This document shows positions 48,872 to 63,032 of a DNA stretch of 64,000 nucleotides, piece after piece (within the stretch, counting starts at the first letter, position 1; each line of letters opens with the position of its first letter). The translations under genes and the position numbers were made by a program. The stretch spans positions 92,380,001-92,444,000 of the forward strand of contig NC_043003.1 in the NCBI RefSeq assembly GCF_006345805.1. The letters are read 5' to 3'. The notes under the pieces were generated by a model. It did no database searches and was not told the origin of the DNA. It was given only the letters and a program-made list of their open reading frames with translations. Source of the DNA: Octopus sinensis (Eukaryota).

Positions 48872-51800
48872 CATACTTTGAGTAACATACTCCACTGGCA
48901 ATTATACGCATACCTGTCTTTCTGACTTATGGAAATGGATGTGTGTGTGTGTGTGTGTGTTGTGTGTGTGTGTGTGTGTGTGAGCGTGCGCGTGTGTATG
49001 TATCTATTTCTTTACTACCCACAAGGGGCTAAACACAGAGAGGACAGACAAACGGATAAAGTCGATTATATCGACCCCAGTGCGTAACTGGTACTTATTT
49101 AATCGACCCCGAAAGGATGAAAGGCAAAGTCGACCTCGGCGGAATTTGAACTCAGAAAGTAACGGCAGACGAAATACGGCTACGTATTTCGCCCGGCGTG
49201 CTAACGATTCTGCCAGCTCGCCATGTATCGAGAGAGACAGAGTCGACATGACGCGTTCCACTTTCAATAAATATACATGCATGCATGAAGGTCGAATTAA
49301 GGATTAAATGAGATTAACCGTTACTTTGAGCATCAAGGGAAGGGAACAGAACAAAAGCTTTTTCCAATGGTGGATTTACCACGGAGGAAATAAATTATAA
49401 CTGGCTTTCTTTTAAATAATCCTTTCTACAATAGGCACAAGGCCTGAAATTTTGGGGAAGGGGAAAAGTCGATTACATCGACCCCTGTACTTGACTGGTA
49501 CTTAATTTATCGACCGCGAAGGGATAAAAGACAAAGTCCACCTCAGCAAAATTTGAACTCACAACGTAAAGACAGACGCTTTTTTATAAAAAAATAATCC
49601 TTTCTACTATAGGCACCAGGCCTGAAGCATCGGGGGTGGGAACTAGTCAATTACATCGACACCAGTGTTTCTCTGGTACTTAATTCATCGAGCCCGAAAG
49701 CATGAAAGGCAAAGTCGACCTCGGCGAAATTTGAACCCAGGACATAAAGACGGACGTTTCTTTTTTTATTATTATTATATATAATACAAACGGGTATTGT
49801 GAATTGGCATTTTTTTCTTTCAATTTGCATTTGTTTCTGCCCTAGTTACAGGTACATAATTTGCTTGTATCGCTTACAGTTACTTACTGTTATATAATTA
49901 AAACACAAAATGCTGGTTATATTTAATACAGCTTCGGGTGGGTTTTGGCCTGGAGGGATCATGTTGAAGAAAACTGAATTTTTATTATTTCACTGTCAAC
50001 ACTTGATATGTCGTAATGTTTTGTTAGTTGGGCAGTGAGGGGTTCGAAGGACGAGGGGTGGACGGGGCAACATTGTTGGGTTGTTGCGCTTAAGGCAGTC
50101 GGTTTTTAATTCACGGCTACACACGCACCCACGCGCGCGCGCACATACACACACACGCATGCATGTTTGCAAACATTCAAGGATCAATATACATTATGCA
50201 TTACTGGACATAAATAGATTGGCTTACATTTAAATCCATAGCTACCATCTTGTGTGTGTGTGTGTTGTGCATCTATGTGTATATGTTGTGTGTATGTTTA
50301 TGCATGTGTATATATATATATATTCATGCATGCATACACACACTTATACATATATATACATCGATATACAAATGCATTTATATACATATATTCATGCATA
50401 TACAAACATAATATAACCCTCAGGAGGCGATTTTCATTGACTTCCTTCGGATATTTAGACATCAAGTTCAATGAATTAGATAGCAATCACCTTGACAAAG
50501 GGATCTGATTTTAATGGTTATCACAGGGTGTGTGTGACCTTCATTACTGGGTTTCTCAAACACGTGGACAGAAACCACGTGTCCTGATTACAGCATGAAT
50601 ATTACATATACATGCATGCATACTGCAAACAAACAGGCAAACATAAAAATATACTAAGTCGTACGCATGCAAATGTACATGTGTACAAACACACATACAC
50701 ATCAATATATTTGTTTGTATGTATGTGTGTATTATCTATATATATACAAGACAGTTTGTATGTGTGTGCTCGCCCGCGTGCGTATGTTCTTTATGCATTT
50801 AAAAACTGAGATGCCGATTTTGGCGTATGGGGTATCAAGAGATTCAGTAATCTTTCGTCTACCAAATAAACTTTATTTTTATTTGCATATTTTCTATGTT
50901 ATCTCAACAACCAGATATAGTTATTTGAAATACACTGTTCTACTACGACCAGATTTCATTAGAAGGTGAAAATAGTTTCACACTTCCAATTTGAGCTAAA
51001 ATTACAACGTGTTGCATGACGACAGTGACGATGTGTCAATAATGAAAGTAATGTTTCTCCGAATTAGTCACATCTGTACCATAATAAAAAAAAAAAAAGC
51101 TGCTTATCATCTATCTCTATATATAAAGGTTACCAAATAAACAATGTTTTTGGTACAATAACTCGTTTTTACTATTAAAATAACCGCGGTCGCACAATTT
51201 TGAGGTCATTTTCGGGCAATATTTCGATTTGCTCCTAATGTTTTACTTTCGCCTGATGTTTAACGCATGCGTAGAATTCTACTCAGACAAATATTTATGA
51301 AAATGTAAACATAAATATTGTATTAAAATAAGCCACGACCCAAAAAATCCATTAAAAAGACATCCATTTCGCAATGTTATGAGGAAATACAGTCACTCTC
51401 CCCTTCTTTCTCTCTCTCTCTTTCACACACACACACATGCACACGCACACATACATACAAAAGAGATGTATGCATATGTATTCATGTACGTGTATATGAA
51501 AGAGGTGTGTGCGTGAGAGAGAGAGAGAGAGGGGGAGAGTGAGTGCCACTTGCACATACATACAAAAAAAAATATATACATGACAACACACACCTTTACT
51601 CACTCACTCTCCCTATCTCTCTCTCTCTCTCTTTCTCACGCACACGCACACACGTCCATTTTATATACACGTACATACATCTTTCACTTTCACTTTCTGC
51701 TCTCAGTTCAAAACAAATGTCACCTTTTCACTTTCTTCTCTCTTTTCATTCCTGCTCTCTACAAAGCATAAAGATATAAAGTAGTTTTACGGAAATTAAC

Positions 51801-51900
51801 GAAGAATCATATGATCCCATATGCTAGTATATATAAATATATAACACATACATAAATATATATACATACACACACACATATATATATATGTATATATATG

Positions 51901-51951
<51 letters not shown>

Positions 51952-51966
51952 TATATATTATATATA

Positions 51967-52016
<50 letters not shown>

Positions 52017-52042
52017 GTGCGTGTGTGTATGTATGTATATAA

Positions 52043-52152
<110 letters not shown>

Positions 52153-53652
52153 AGCTTCTACACACACATATATATACACAAACACTCTTGCACACAAAAC
52201 AAATGCTATAGCTGTGTATGCATTTACATAGACATTATGTAGAGGCATAAGTAAACTTTGGATTCGTATGACGTAATTACCGTTACATTTTATTCAAACA
52301 CACGCTTAGTTATAGGTTTTGTTCTCATCAAATCGAATTCAAGTTATAGCATTAGACCGACAACATCCACAAGTTTTTAAAGAAATAATAGCAATAGGAA
52401 GCTGCGTTGTTCATGTAATTGAATCTGGCGTGTTTGATATCAGAAATGAAAGACTTTTGAAAATCTCCATTTCAGAGAAAACATGCAATTCAAGCAATCT
52501 TTTAGGCAATGAACAAGGGATAAATATATTCATTCGCCTCGTACGATACAAAATATTAACTGAAATATATAAAATATCATTTTGAAGTTTAATATAGCAG
52601 TTATAAGAAGATTTTATTCAAATTTTATGACTGTTGACACGATGTATGTCAACCATATTTTATCGAATCTACTCTGTATTATTTTTACCTTTATGAGAAT
52701 TAAACTAGTCAAATGGATAAATGAACTAAATGAAATAATAAACGACCAGTGGAGGAAATATAGCTTTTGTTCATTTTGCTTTTTAATTGGTTCAAATTTC
52801 AGTGACTTTAATATTCTTTTTAACGACTTTCAAATTTCGCACTAAATTACTGGCAGCGTAATGAAATACAAATGGAGTTGGTGCTGACATGCAAATAAAG
52901 TCAGCATTTTGTGAATTACTGATACAGTATGCTTCAGCAGTACAGTACTTATACTGAAATTACGAAAAGAAAACAAAGAAACTTAAAAACAATGCAAGGG
53001 ATGTGTCTGAACTTGTTGTACGAAGGAAATCATATTGATTCGTTTTCGTGTGAGCCACTGTATTGATTATGTGGGCGTAGGTGTGCGTCTGCACAGACTA
53101 AAATCGTTATATCTGAATGAATATGATTATATGTCAATGTACTCCTAGAAATATATGGGTGAATGTATGCATTTGTATGAACATCTGAAAATATATTTAC
53201 TTTTTATTGGATATCTACGTTTTGACTTAACATTATTTGCATAAACGTATAAGCAGATGCATTTTTAAAAATATTCCGACCGTTAATGGTATCCAGTACC
53301 ACATTATAATATATACTTCGCTTTTTTCACAATAGTATAGTCTGGATCTGACAGAAATTTGATTATTATCTATAACCGGTCAAGTCACCGAATACCGGCT
53401 GCTACGTTGATTAGTGTTCGTCTGTTTGATTGAACATGCGTATTATATGGATTAATGAGGATGCAGTCTGTTAGAGTTGCTTAATATTTTTGTGTATGTC
53501 AGCGTGCATGTGTGCGAATACACGTGTCGATATGTATAAAAGTAAAAGATTACAAATATGGAAAATGGGATGTATATGCAAGCGTGTGTGCGTCTGTGCA
53601 TGTGTGTATGTGTGTGTGTGTGTGTGTGACAGACAGAGAGAGAGACAGAGAC

Positions 53653-53683
<31 letters not shown>

Positions 53684-53784
53684 GGGAAGGAGAGAGAGAG
53701 AGAGAGAAAGAAAGAGACAGCGTATGCATAAAATGTAGTAGTGTCTGCGCACGAGCTCGTGCATATAAGCATTTATTGATGCGT

Positions 53785-53883
53785 NNNNNNNNNNNNNNNN
53801 NNNNNNNNNNNNNNNNNNNNNNNNNNNNNNNNNNNNNNNNNNNNNNNNNNNNNNNNNNNNNNNNNNNNNNNNNNNNNNNNNNN
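53785..53883. other. Assembly gap
   Basis: Run of about 100 N. Confidence 0.99.
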
Positions 53884-54017
53884 NCAGACTTATTCTTTGG
53901 AAGCCTAGTACTTATTCTATCGGGCTCTTTTGCCAAACCGCTAGGTTACGGGGACATAAACACACCAGCATCGGTTGTCAAGCGATGTTGGCGTGGGGGA
54001 CAAACACAGACACACAA

Positions 54018-54623
54018 GCAGTTCATCTTTGGTGTTACAAGGAGTTTTGTTGGTCTCTCGCTTAACTGCGCCCTACATAATAATCAAGTCTGGGGAGTTA
54101 GGCCGCCAGATGTTAGGGGTGATGTGGTCGCAGAAATTGTCTGACAGCCATGACTGGGTTCTCCTGCTTGTGTGGCATGATACATACTAGATATAGAGTC
54201 TCTCAGCAGCCACTCTCTTGGCCCAGGGCAGCTCTACCTACTCCAGGCACTTGATGTAGACCTCTGTGTTGAGTTTGAGCTCATATGGGAAGATGAACGG
54301 AGGCATAACGTCGCCATCACTAGTGATTGCTTCAAACATTATGATGTTGATTGGAAGTTTGATTTTTATCACTCTCGGTACATGTCCTCAGATTGACATC
54401 CAAACACTCAGAAATGTTCGTAGTGGAGCTTCTGGCATGAATGCCAAGCAGAACAGCATGTCGTTTCCAAATTTCTGGCAGACTGAATTGCGTTATGGTG
54501 CTGTTTTTCTCACAGACGGTGCTCAACTGACCCTACGATATTATGTAGTCGACAAAATCTAAAACAATGCCCATGCACGAAAGTAAAAGAATGAAATTTC
54601 GACAATTTACCCATCGCACCCTA
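54018..54623 (-). mobile_element. Internally deleted Tc1/mariner element of maT (DD37D-like) type
   Basis: Minus strand: TA|TAGGGTGCG terminus, N-terminal EIWKRHAVLLGI...SECLDVNLRT fused directly to catalytic-region TSDGDVMPPFIFP...SCHTSRRTQSWLSDNFCDHITPNIWRPNSPD...RETNKTPCNTKDEL; far end truncated by a SINE. Confidence 0.8.
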
Positions 54624-54625
54624 TA

Positions 54626-55008
54626 GGCGCAGGAGTGGCTGCGTGGTAAGTAGCTTGCTTACGAAGCACATGGTTTCGGGTTCAGTCCCACTGCGTGGCA
54701 CCTTGGGCAAGTGTCTTCTACTAGAGCCTCAGGCCGACCAAAGCCTTGTGAGTGGATTTGATAGATGGAAACTGAAAGAAGCCCATCGTATATATGTATA
54801 TATGTATGTGTGTGTATATGTTTGTGTGTTCGTGTTTGTCCCTCCCAACATCGCTTGACAATCGATGCTGGTGTGTTTACGTCCCCGTAACTTAGCGGTT
54901 CGGCAAAAGAGACCGATAGAATAAGTCCTGGGGTCGATTTGCTCGACTAAAGGCGGTGCTCCAGCATGGCCGCAGTCAAATGACTGAAACAAGTAAAAGA
55001 GTAAAAAG
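54626..55008 (+). mobile_element. SINE family A, full copy
   Basis: ggcgcaggagtggct head to aagtaaaagagtaaaaga tail. Confidence 0.88.
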
Positions 55009-55040
<32 letters not shown>

Positions 55041-55068
55041 GTATGTATGTATACATACATACATAACA

Positions 55069-55116
<48 letters not shown>

Positions 55117-55142
55117 ATATATATATATATATATAATATATA

Positions 55143-55210
<68 letters not shown>

Positions 55211-55246
55211 ATATATATGGCGCAGGCGTGGCTGAATGGTAAAAAG

Positions 55247-55285
<39 letters not shown>

Positions 55286-56442
55286 GGCGCAGGCATGGCT
55301 GAATGGTTCCTAGCTCTGTCCCACTGCGTGGCTCTTTGGAATACTGTCTTCTAGTATAGCCCCGGGCTGACCAAAGCCTTGTGAGTGGATCTGGTAGAGG
55401 GAAACTGAAAGAAGCACGTCGAATATGTGTATGCGTGTCCTGGTTTGTTTACGATAGAATAAGTACCAGACTTTAAAAAAATACTGAGATCGATTCGTTC
55501 GACTAAATACTCCTCAAGGCCCCAGCATGGCCGCAGTCTAAAGATGGAAGCAAGTAAAAAATAAAAGATGAAGTATATATGGTATGTATCTTATATATAT
55601 TTCTTTACTACCCACAAGGGGCTAAACACAGAGGGGACAAACAAGAACAGACAAACGGATTAAGTCGATTACATCAAACCCCAGTGCGTAACTGGTACTT
55701 AATTTATCGACCCGAAAGGATGAACGGCAATGTCGACCTCGGTGGAATTTGAACTCAGAACGTAACGGTAGACGAATTACGGCTACGCATTTCGCCCGGC
55801 GTGCTAACGCTTCTGCCAGCTCGCCGCTGGTATGTATGTTATATATGTGTGTATGTGTGCGACGACATGTGTGTGTATATACATATGATTGTGCATGCGT
55901 ATGTGTATGCTTGTTTATGTGTATCTGCAGTGGAAGAGAAATCTGTTTATTATGAGCTGATATGTACCTGATGGCTCCCGTATACTGAATTTCAGTTACA
56001 TTGTTCTGAGTTATTATAGGGAACCCATACGAGCCCTGACAGACAAACATGAATAGAAACAACAATCACAACACACACACGCGCGCGCGAATAAGCGTTC
56101 ACGCACGCATAAACACATTTGGGACTCAAAAATAATCCAAACTGCAGCAACGGTCAGGTAAATAAATAAATAAATAGAAAGAAGCCATCTCTGCTTGATA
56201 AGGTTTCACTCAAAAATATTCCACATCCAATGGAATATTGTCAAGGATTGTCCACTCTGTATCTCTACTACTACTACAACTACTTGACGGAAGATTCTGA
56301 GAATATACATCACTGACAATACATACATACATACATACATATATAAAAGCAAATAGCGAGTTGTAAAATCTCCAGAAATAGAGTAGTAATATACTAAAAA
56401 GTACAAGTCAATCGCTACATCGAGTATATATATATATATCTA

Positions 56443-56494
<52 letters not shown>

Positions 56495-56663
56495 AAATAA
56501 ATGGAGTTTTAACGCAGGTGTTAAATCAAATATTTTTACTTTCGACACATGTTTCGAAAATTCCACTGATACTATTCAAAAGAAAAATGGTAATAAACAA
56601 TACAATCTTCTCCTCATTTTTCCGTGTTAATTGTTACAAGGTAAAAATACACTCTATATATAG

Positions 56664-56694
<31 letters not shown>

Positions 56695-56696
56695 TA

Positions 56697-56743
<47 letters not shown>

Positions 56744-58147
56744 TATATATATATATATAATACAACAAAATAGGACAAGAACACAAAACATCCCGGACAG
56801 TTAGGTGATACAAGAATGAGACAACAAAACATCCAGATAGACGATACAAAGAAACCAGGACGGGTCATTCGAAGTTTTCTTTCTTCAGTCGAGTACCAGA
56901 TTATCTCCGCAATTTCGGCTGGTTATACTCGAGATTGCTCCAATCTGACTAGCCCCAAGGAAAAACTAAGCTAAGAGCATTAGTTTCCTTGGAAGGAAGC
57001 AGCGAATGTATACAAAAACAAGGATGGGGAAAAAACGGACAATGTTACACAAACGCAATAAAAATAATACCAGGACAAAACAACAGGTGTCTTTCGTGTA
57101 AGGACAAATTAAATTAAGCTGGCGTGTGTGGTAATAAAGCCTTACGGCAGGGATACAAGTTTTCACAGGCACAGGGAGGAATATCGATGTTGCACGGACA
57201 ACGGCCAGACCAAGAAAGAAAGATCGGGCTTGGCCGAACGCCGGCCCCGTGGGAAGAGAAGAGAGAGAAGTAGAGGCAGAGGGACAGAAGAATTAAGGAG
57301 GGGCGAGCGTCAATTTTCTTTTCGAATTGATTTCATTTTCAGTGTAATGATACACTTTTATAGGCTAATTAATGACGTGAAAGTAATTTTCGTTATAAAT
57401 CAATAAAGAGTTATTAGTAATTAAAGTTTAAAAATTTTATTTATTTTAGCCAATCGTAAGCCACAGACACATTCAAGTCTGTTTCGATAGTAACAAGAAC
57501 TCTTTTGCCTGTTGCCACAGTAACAGTCTTTGAAAAGTCTGCGAGGAAGCACGTGTTGACGGCACTCAACCAAGGAAGGGTCCTACTTGAGCTTTGGGTT
57601 TTCGGAGGAATGTATCGCGAGACCAGACAGGTTTTTCTGTATGCATATTTAAATCGTAATTAAAAATATTTAAATTGTTTGTTTAATGTTTGCTTCTTTT
57701 TATCATTGCGCATCGCGGTGGTTGTGAGGTATGCTAAAAATAACAGCTAAATAAGATTTTGGGGGATAAACTTTTTAAATTAAAGTTTATCTGTCAACAT
57801 CTCGCTCAAAGATTTAAAACTAACTGGTTTTCTCCTTTAAATTAACATAAACATTTATTTACATGAAAAAAAATTACCGGAGAACTTTCATGCCAAAAGT
57901 AACAGCTAAATAAGAATTATTTATATGAAAGAAAATTACCAGAGACATAACAAGTGTTGTTTACTAATATAGACAATACGTGCTATTTTCAGGATGTTGA
58001 CAAAATGTGCAGTCACACAGAAAATGGTAGATGACAAAGCCTTTTTCCTGACTGGGTGAAAATGATCAAAATGATTAAACCTCTATAACTTTTAAAAAGA
58101 CATTTTTCTGGAAAAAATGAAATAACTCCAGCATTTCAGTTTGGGCA

Positions 58148-58211
<64 letters not shown>

Positions 58212-59986
58212 TACATGTGTGTGTGTGCGCGCGAAAATATAGATAAATGGCAAGAAAGTAAATGAAAAGCAAACAGAAGTTACATTACTCACTGTCTGAT
58301 ATGTTTGGTATTTCATTCTGGAGCCTCTTGTCTGTTGGATACGTTTTTCTGGAAAAAAAAAAGAAAAAAGAGCAGTTAGAACGGAGGTAGTTTGATATTG
58401 TTTTATATCGAGAGAATTTTTTTTTCTTTTTAGGTAGTCTCTCGTCGTCTGAGATAGATGGATCTGCAATATCTTGCTGAACAACCTGCACGAATGATTT
58501 GTGCTGTACATTAGTTCACGCTTGCCTGAACAAGTGCTCAGTGTACCATACGTCAAGTATCGAAGTAATCGCAGAGCAACGTGAAATGAAGTGTTTTGCT
58601 CAGGAACACAACATAACCTACCACCCGGTCCAGGTATTGAAACTACGATTTCGCGATCGTGACTGCAACACCCTTAATTACGACAAAATGTGTCTTCGAG
58701 AAAGCAGTTACTCCCGCAAAGCAAAATAAAATTTGGGATTTGCGGAGGGTCAAAGCTGGTAACAAAAACAGGACAGTGAAAACAAACAGTAGGGGCTGCT
58801 AAGCCATAACGAGGTGAGGTGGCGAACGCTGGAGGAACACACTTTGACAGGATAAAATATAGGAGAGGAGACAGACAAGAATGCGTCTGATCTGTGTGGC
58901 AGATCAAAAAGAAAGAAAGAAGCTCAAGTTAGGAAAAGAAAGATGGCCAATGGTCATGTAATTGCTCGAAATGCGGAGTAGATAAACAGCCGACAACTGA
59001 TGAAGGGTCGTTCTTTATGTTACTTGTCTTGTTTTCCATTTGTTTCTTTTGTTGCTCGCAAAAAAGTTCTTAGTCTATGTTTTCGTATTTCGTATTTCCT
59101 GTTGTTTACGTCTTATGACGTCCTGTACCCATATATACACACATATATATGTGTAAGTATGTACATATATGTATGTATATATGTATGTATATATGCGTGT
59201 ATATATTATATATTATTTATATTATTGTATGATTGAACGCCACGCATTTATTTCCAAGTAAGTATATATATGCATATATACATGTATATGTATGTATGTA
59301 TACAAATAAATATACAAATATGTGTGAGCGAGTGTGTAATTAAAGTTAAGTTGTTAGTAAAATTGCTTTTAAAAGAAATGTTATATTTCCCTTGCTCTAA
59401 CTATGACCCCCTCGCCCCAACTATGACCCCTCGCCCCACACTCACACGTTGAAGAATGCCATTCCTTGTTTCTATTTTGTTTCCTGGTTTACTGGATTTT
59501 GTGAAATTCCAGGACTAAAGTTTCATACAATGGACGTATAATGTATTGACTTGTTGGAATGTAAAGTACGAATCGCTGTTTAAACAAACGAATTGTTCTC
59601 TAGTCAACAGAACGAGCCTACAAAAGAGCTTCTACACGGTCATTTGCCGTGCTGGAAATAACAGCCAAATCTCCTTCGAAGTACATATTGTCTTAAGAAA
59701 AAAGGAAGGACATAATGATATATTACATGATGTAATCGAAAATATCCCACAAAAGAATGGGATGCTTTTCATCATAATTCTACTTGATCAGAGCCGTCAT
59801 GGTACTAAACAGTGGCGTTGAGTTGAAAGCATTAAGGGGATTTTCGAAGAAGGTATCTCTTCCCCTGGCCATTGAAAACACTTCAGTCAACACTGCCGGT
59901 CAACATACGTCTTACGACCGATAACCTTTTCTCGTAAAAGAACCCCTAAAAACGAGAGATTACTGGGCTAAATCATTTACCGTATT

Positions 59987-60218
59987 GGATCTTTTCGGTT
60001 TGAACGGCAGTTTTTTTTCTAGCGGTGTCATTTGAAATTGTCACCCATAATTATGACCCTAGTATCGATCTATTGCATTTCAATCTGTTTAAGGGTTAGA
60101 GTTAGAGTTAGGGTTAGTATTAGTTAGGGTTAGGGGTGGGGGAAGGGTATCTTTTTTTCTTCACAAATGTAAATAAACCCAATCTGTTTCTTAAAGGTGG
60201 GACATATTCATACGGCAC
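59987..60218 (-). mobile_element. TTAGGG-bearing MITE, truncated
   Basis: One TIR plus about 230 bp of family sequence. Confidence 0.85.
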
Positions 60219-60622
60219 CTGACGTGTTATAAAATGCTGTCTCAGTGGCTTTTATCGCATAAAACTACTATTAACTCATAAAAATATATACTGTGTTTAG
60301 TAAATAATATAATAAATAATAAACGCGCCCTTTTAAAGCCTAGCCAGGCTCATAGGCCCGGTTTCCTGGTTTCAATGGCGTATGTGTTTCCCAGCTGGAC
60401 GGGACGCCAGTCAATCGCAGCATTACTCATATTTGCCAGCTGAGTGGACTAGATCAACTTGAAATGAAGTGTTTTGCTCAAGAACACAACGCGTCGCCCG
60501 GTCCAGGAATCGAAAACACAATCTTACGATCATGTTGCTGACATCCTAACCACTAAGCCACGCGCCTTCACAGTAAATAATATATATACATATATTATGT
60601 GTGTATGTATGTATATGTATGC

Positions 60623-60653
<31 letters not shown>

Positions 60654-60662
60654 CGTGTGTGT

Positions 60663-60950
60663 GGAGGCGCAATGGCCCAGTGGTTAGGGCAGCGGACTCG
60701 CGGTTGTAGGATCGCAGTTTCAATTCCCAGACCGGGCGTTGTGAGTGTTTATTGAGCGAAAACACCTAAAGCTTCACGAGGCTCCGGTAGGGCATGGTGG
60801 CGATCCCTGCTGTACTCCTTCGCCACAACTTTCTCTCACCCTTTCTTCTGTTGGTCTGCTCGCTTAGCCAGACGGGTGGCGTCATTTGAAGGCTAAAACA
60901 ATGCGAAGCACATTGTGACCAGCGATGATAGTCTGGTCGGTCACGGTGAT
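60663..60950 (+). mobile_element. tRNA-derived SINE family C
   Basis: Head ggaggcgcaatggcccagtggttagggcagcggactcgc...cgattcccagacc. Related copies at about 6310-6480, 13942-14237, 39240-39590, 47602-47770, 48352-48510, 58500-58690, 60318-60570. Confidence 0.82.
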
Positions 60951-61035
60951 ATATATAAATATATATATTATATATGTATGTGTGTATATGTGTGTGTGTG
61001 TGTGCGTGTGTATATATATATATATACAGCCAGCC

Positions 61036-61070
<35 letters not shown>

Positions 61071-61079
61071 TAGATAGAC

Positions 61080-61144
<65 letters not shown>

Positions 61145-61926
61145 TAGAAGCATAATAGTTTGCAAAAGATTTCTACGAAGTTGATTATAGAATACATAAA
61201 ACTGAAGTACAAGACACTCTCTAATAACTGGAATATGAAAGAAACGAGAATTTCAACCATACAGTCAAGTAAAAAAAAGCTTGGTTATGACTGAAATAAT
61301 GTCACCCGTGATCTCGGCAGAGTTGGAACAGTAGGAGGCAGGCTACATGACATTATACGAAACAGAGGAGTGAAAACATGCTGGGACCTAAACTGCTTTT
61401 ACTCTTTTCTGGGGGGTTTTTTTTTGGGGGGGGGGGGGCTGGGTTTTTTTTTTTTGTAAGAGACTGAATTCTGAGTGGTGTGAATATCTTAGGGAAACGA
61501 TGCTGGTGCCCTTACCGTTTCTAATGGATTTCTCAGACATACTTTCACTTATACAAACAGCCAGCGTGACGAGATATGCTCTTACAAAAACATTAATGGT
61601 AATCAAACACCTCACAGAATATCAAAAGACAAAAAAAAAAAAAAGGAAGGAAAAAAAAAAAACGCCCCAAATGACCTCAGTGACATATATAATAGGTGTC
61701 TGATAAAAAGCAACATGTATATTATTTCTACTATAGGAACAAGGCATGATAAATCTAGGGTGCCTAACTGTTTTATCGATTTCGAAAGTCAACCCCAGCG
61801 AAATTTGAACTCAGAACGTAAAATTGGTAGAAATATTGTGAAGCTTTTTTTTTCCGGCATACTAACGATTTTGCCAGCTCGCCACCCTAAAAGCGATAAA
61901 TATACTATCGTTTCTTTATTACTATT

Positions 61927-62336
61927 ACTCTTTTACTTGTTTCAATCATTTGACTGTGGCCATGTTGGAGCACCGCCTTTTGTCGAGCAAATCGACCCCA
62001 GGACTTATTCTTTGGAAGCCTAGTACTTATTCGATCGTTCTATTTTGCCGAACCGCTAAGTTACGGGGACGTAAACACGCCAGCATCGGTTGCCAAGCGA
62101 TGTTGGGAGGACAAACACAGACACACAAACATACTCACTCACATACATATATATATATACATATACATATATACGACGGGCTTCTTTCAGTTTCCGTCTA
62201 CCAAATCCACTCACAAGGCTTTGGTCGGTCCAAGGCTATAGTAGAAGACACTTGCCCAAGGTGCCACGCAGTGGGACTGAACCCGGAACCATGTGGTTCG
62301 TAAGCAAGCTACTTACTACACAACCACTCCTGCGCC
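61927..62336 (-). mobile_element. SINE family A, full copy
   Basis: Reverse-complement match to the family. Confidence 0.88.
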
Positions 62337-62586
62337 TGCCTTTAGTAATTACACAACGACTATACAGAAGCACCGCGTTCGGTGAAATTGTTTGAAAATA
62401 AGGAAATCAGCATCGATTCCAGTTGCGAAGTAATTTTATTGAAATCTGTATTTTAGCAGTTCGATGAATAGAATTCAATATATTACTACGCGACTTTACA
62501 AACATAAAATTCTTTTTATTTTCTTCAGTATATTTCGTTTGTACATATTTCTGTTTTGACTACATCAAGCATTCCAGGACAACTTA

Positions 62587-62751
62587 GGCGCAGGAGTGGC
62601 AGTGTGGTAAGTAGCTTGCTTACCAACTACATGGTTCTAGGTTCAGTCCCACTGCATGGCACCTTGGGCGAGTGTCTTCTACTATAGTCTTGCGCCGACC
62701 AAAGCCTTGTGAGTGGATTTGGTAGACGGAAACTGAAAGAAGCCCGTCGTA

Positions 62752-62782
<31 letters not shown>

Positions 62783-62998
62783 GAGTGAGTATGTTTGTGT
62801 GTCTGTGTTTGTCCCCCCAACATCGCTTGACAACTGATGCTGGTGTGTTTACGTCCCCGTAACTTAGCGTTTCGGCAAAAGAGACCGATAGGATAAGTAC
62901 TAGTTTTCCAAACAATAAGTCCTGTGGTCGATTTGGTTGACTAAAAGGCGGTGCTCCAGCATGGCCGCAGTCAAATGACTGAAATGAGTAAAAGAGTA

Positions 62999-63003
<5 letters not shown>
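62587..63003 (+). mobile_element. SINE family A, full copy
   Basis: Head ggcgcaggagtggc to tail; inverted relative to 61927-62336. Confidence 0.88.

Positions 63004-63032
<29 letters not shown>

Noticed and set aside
58960-59015. CTGATGAAGGG (and CTGAAGAAGGGG near 63518, CTGAAGA on the minus strand near 56885) as additional hammerheads
   Set aside because: No complementary stem II followed by GAAA downstream; topology cannot be completed.
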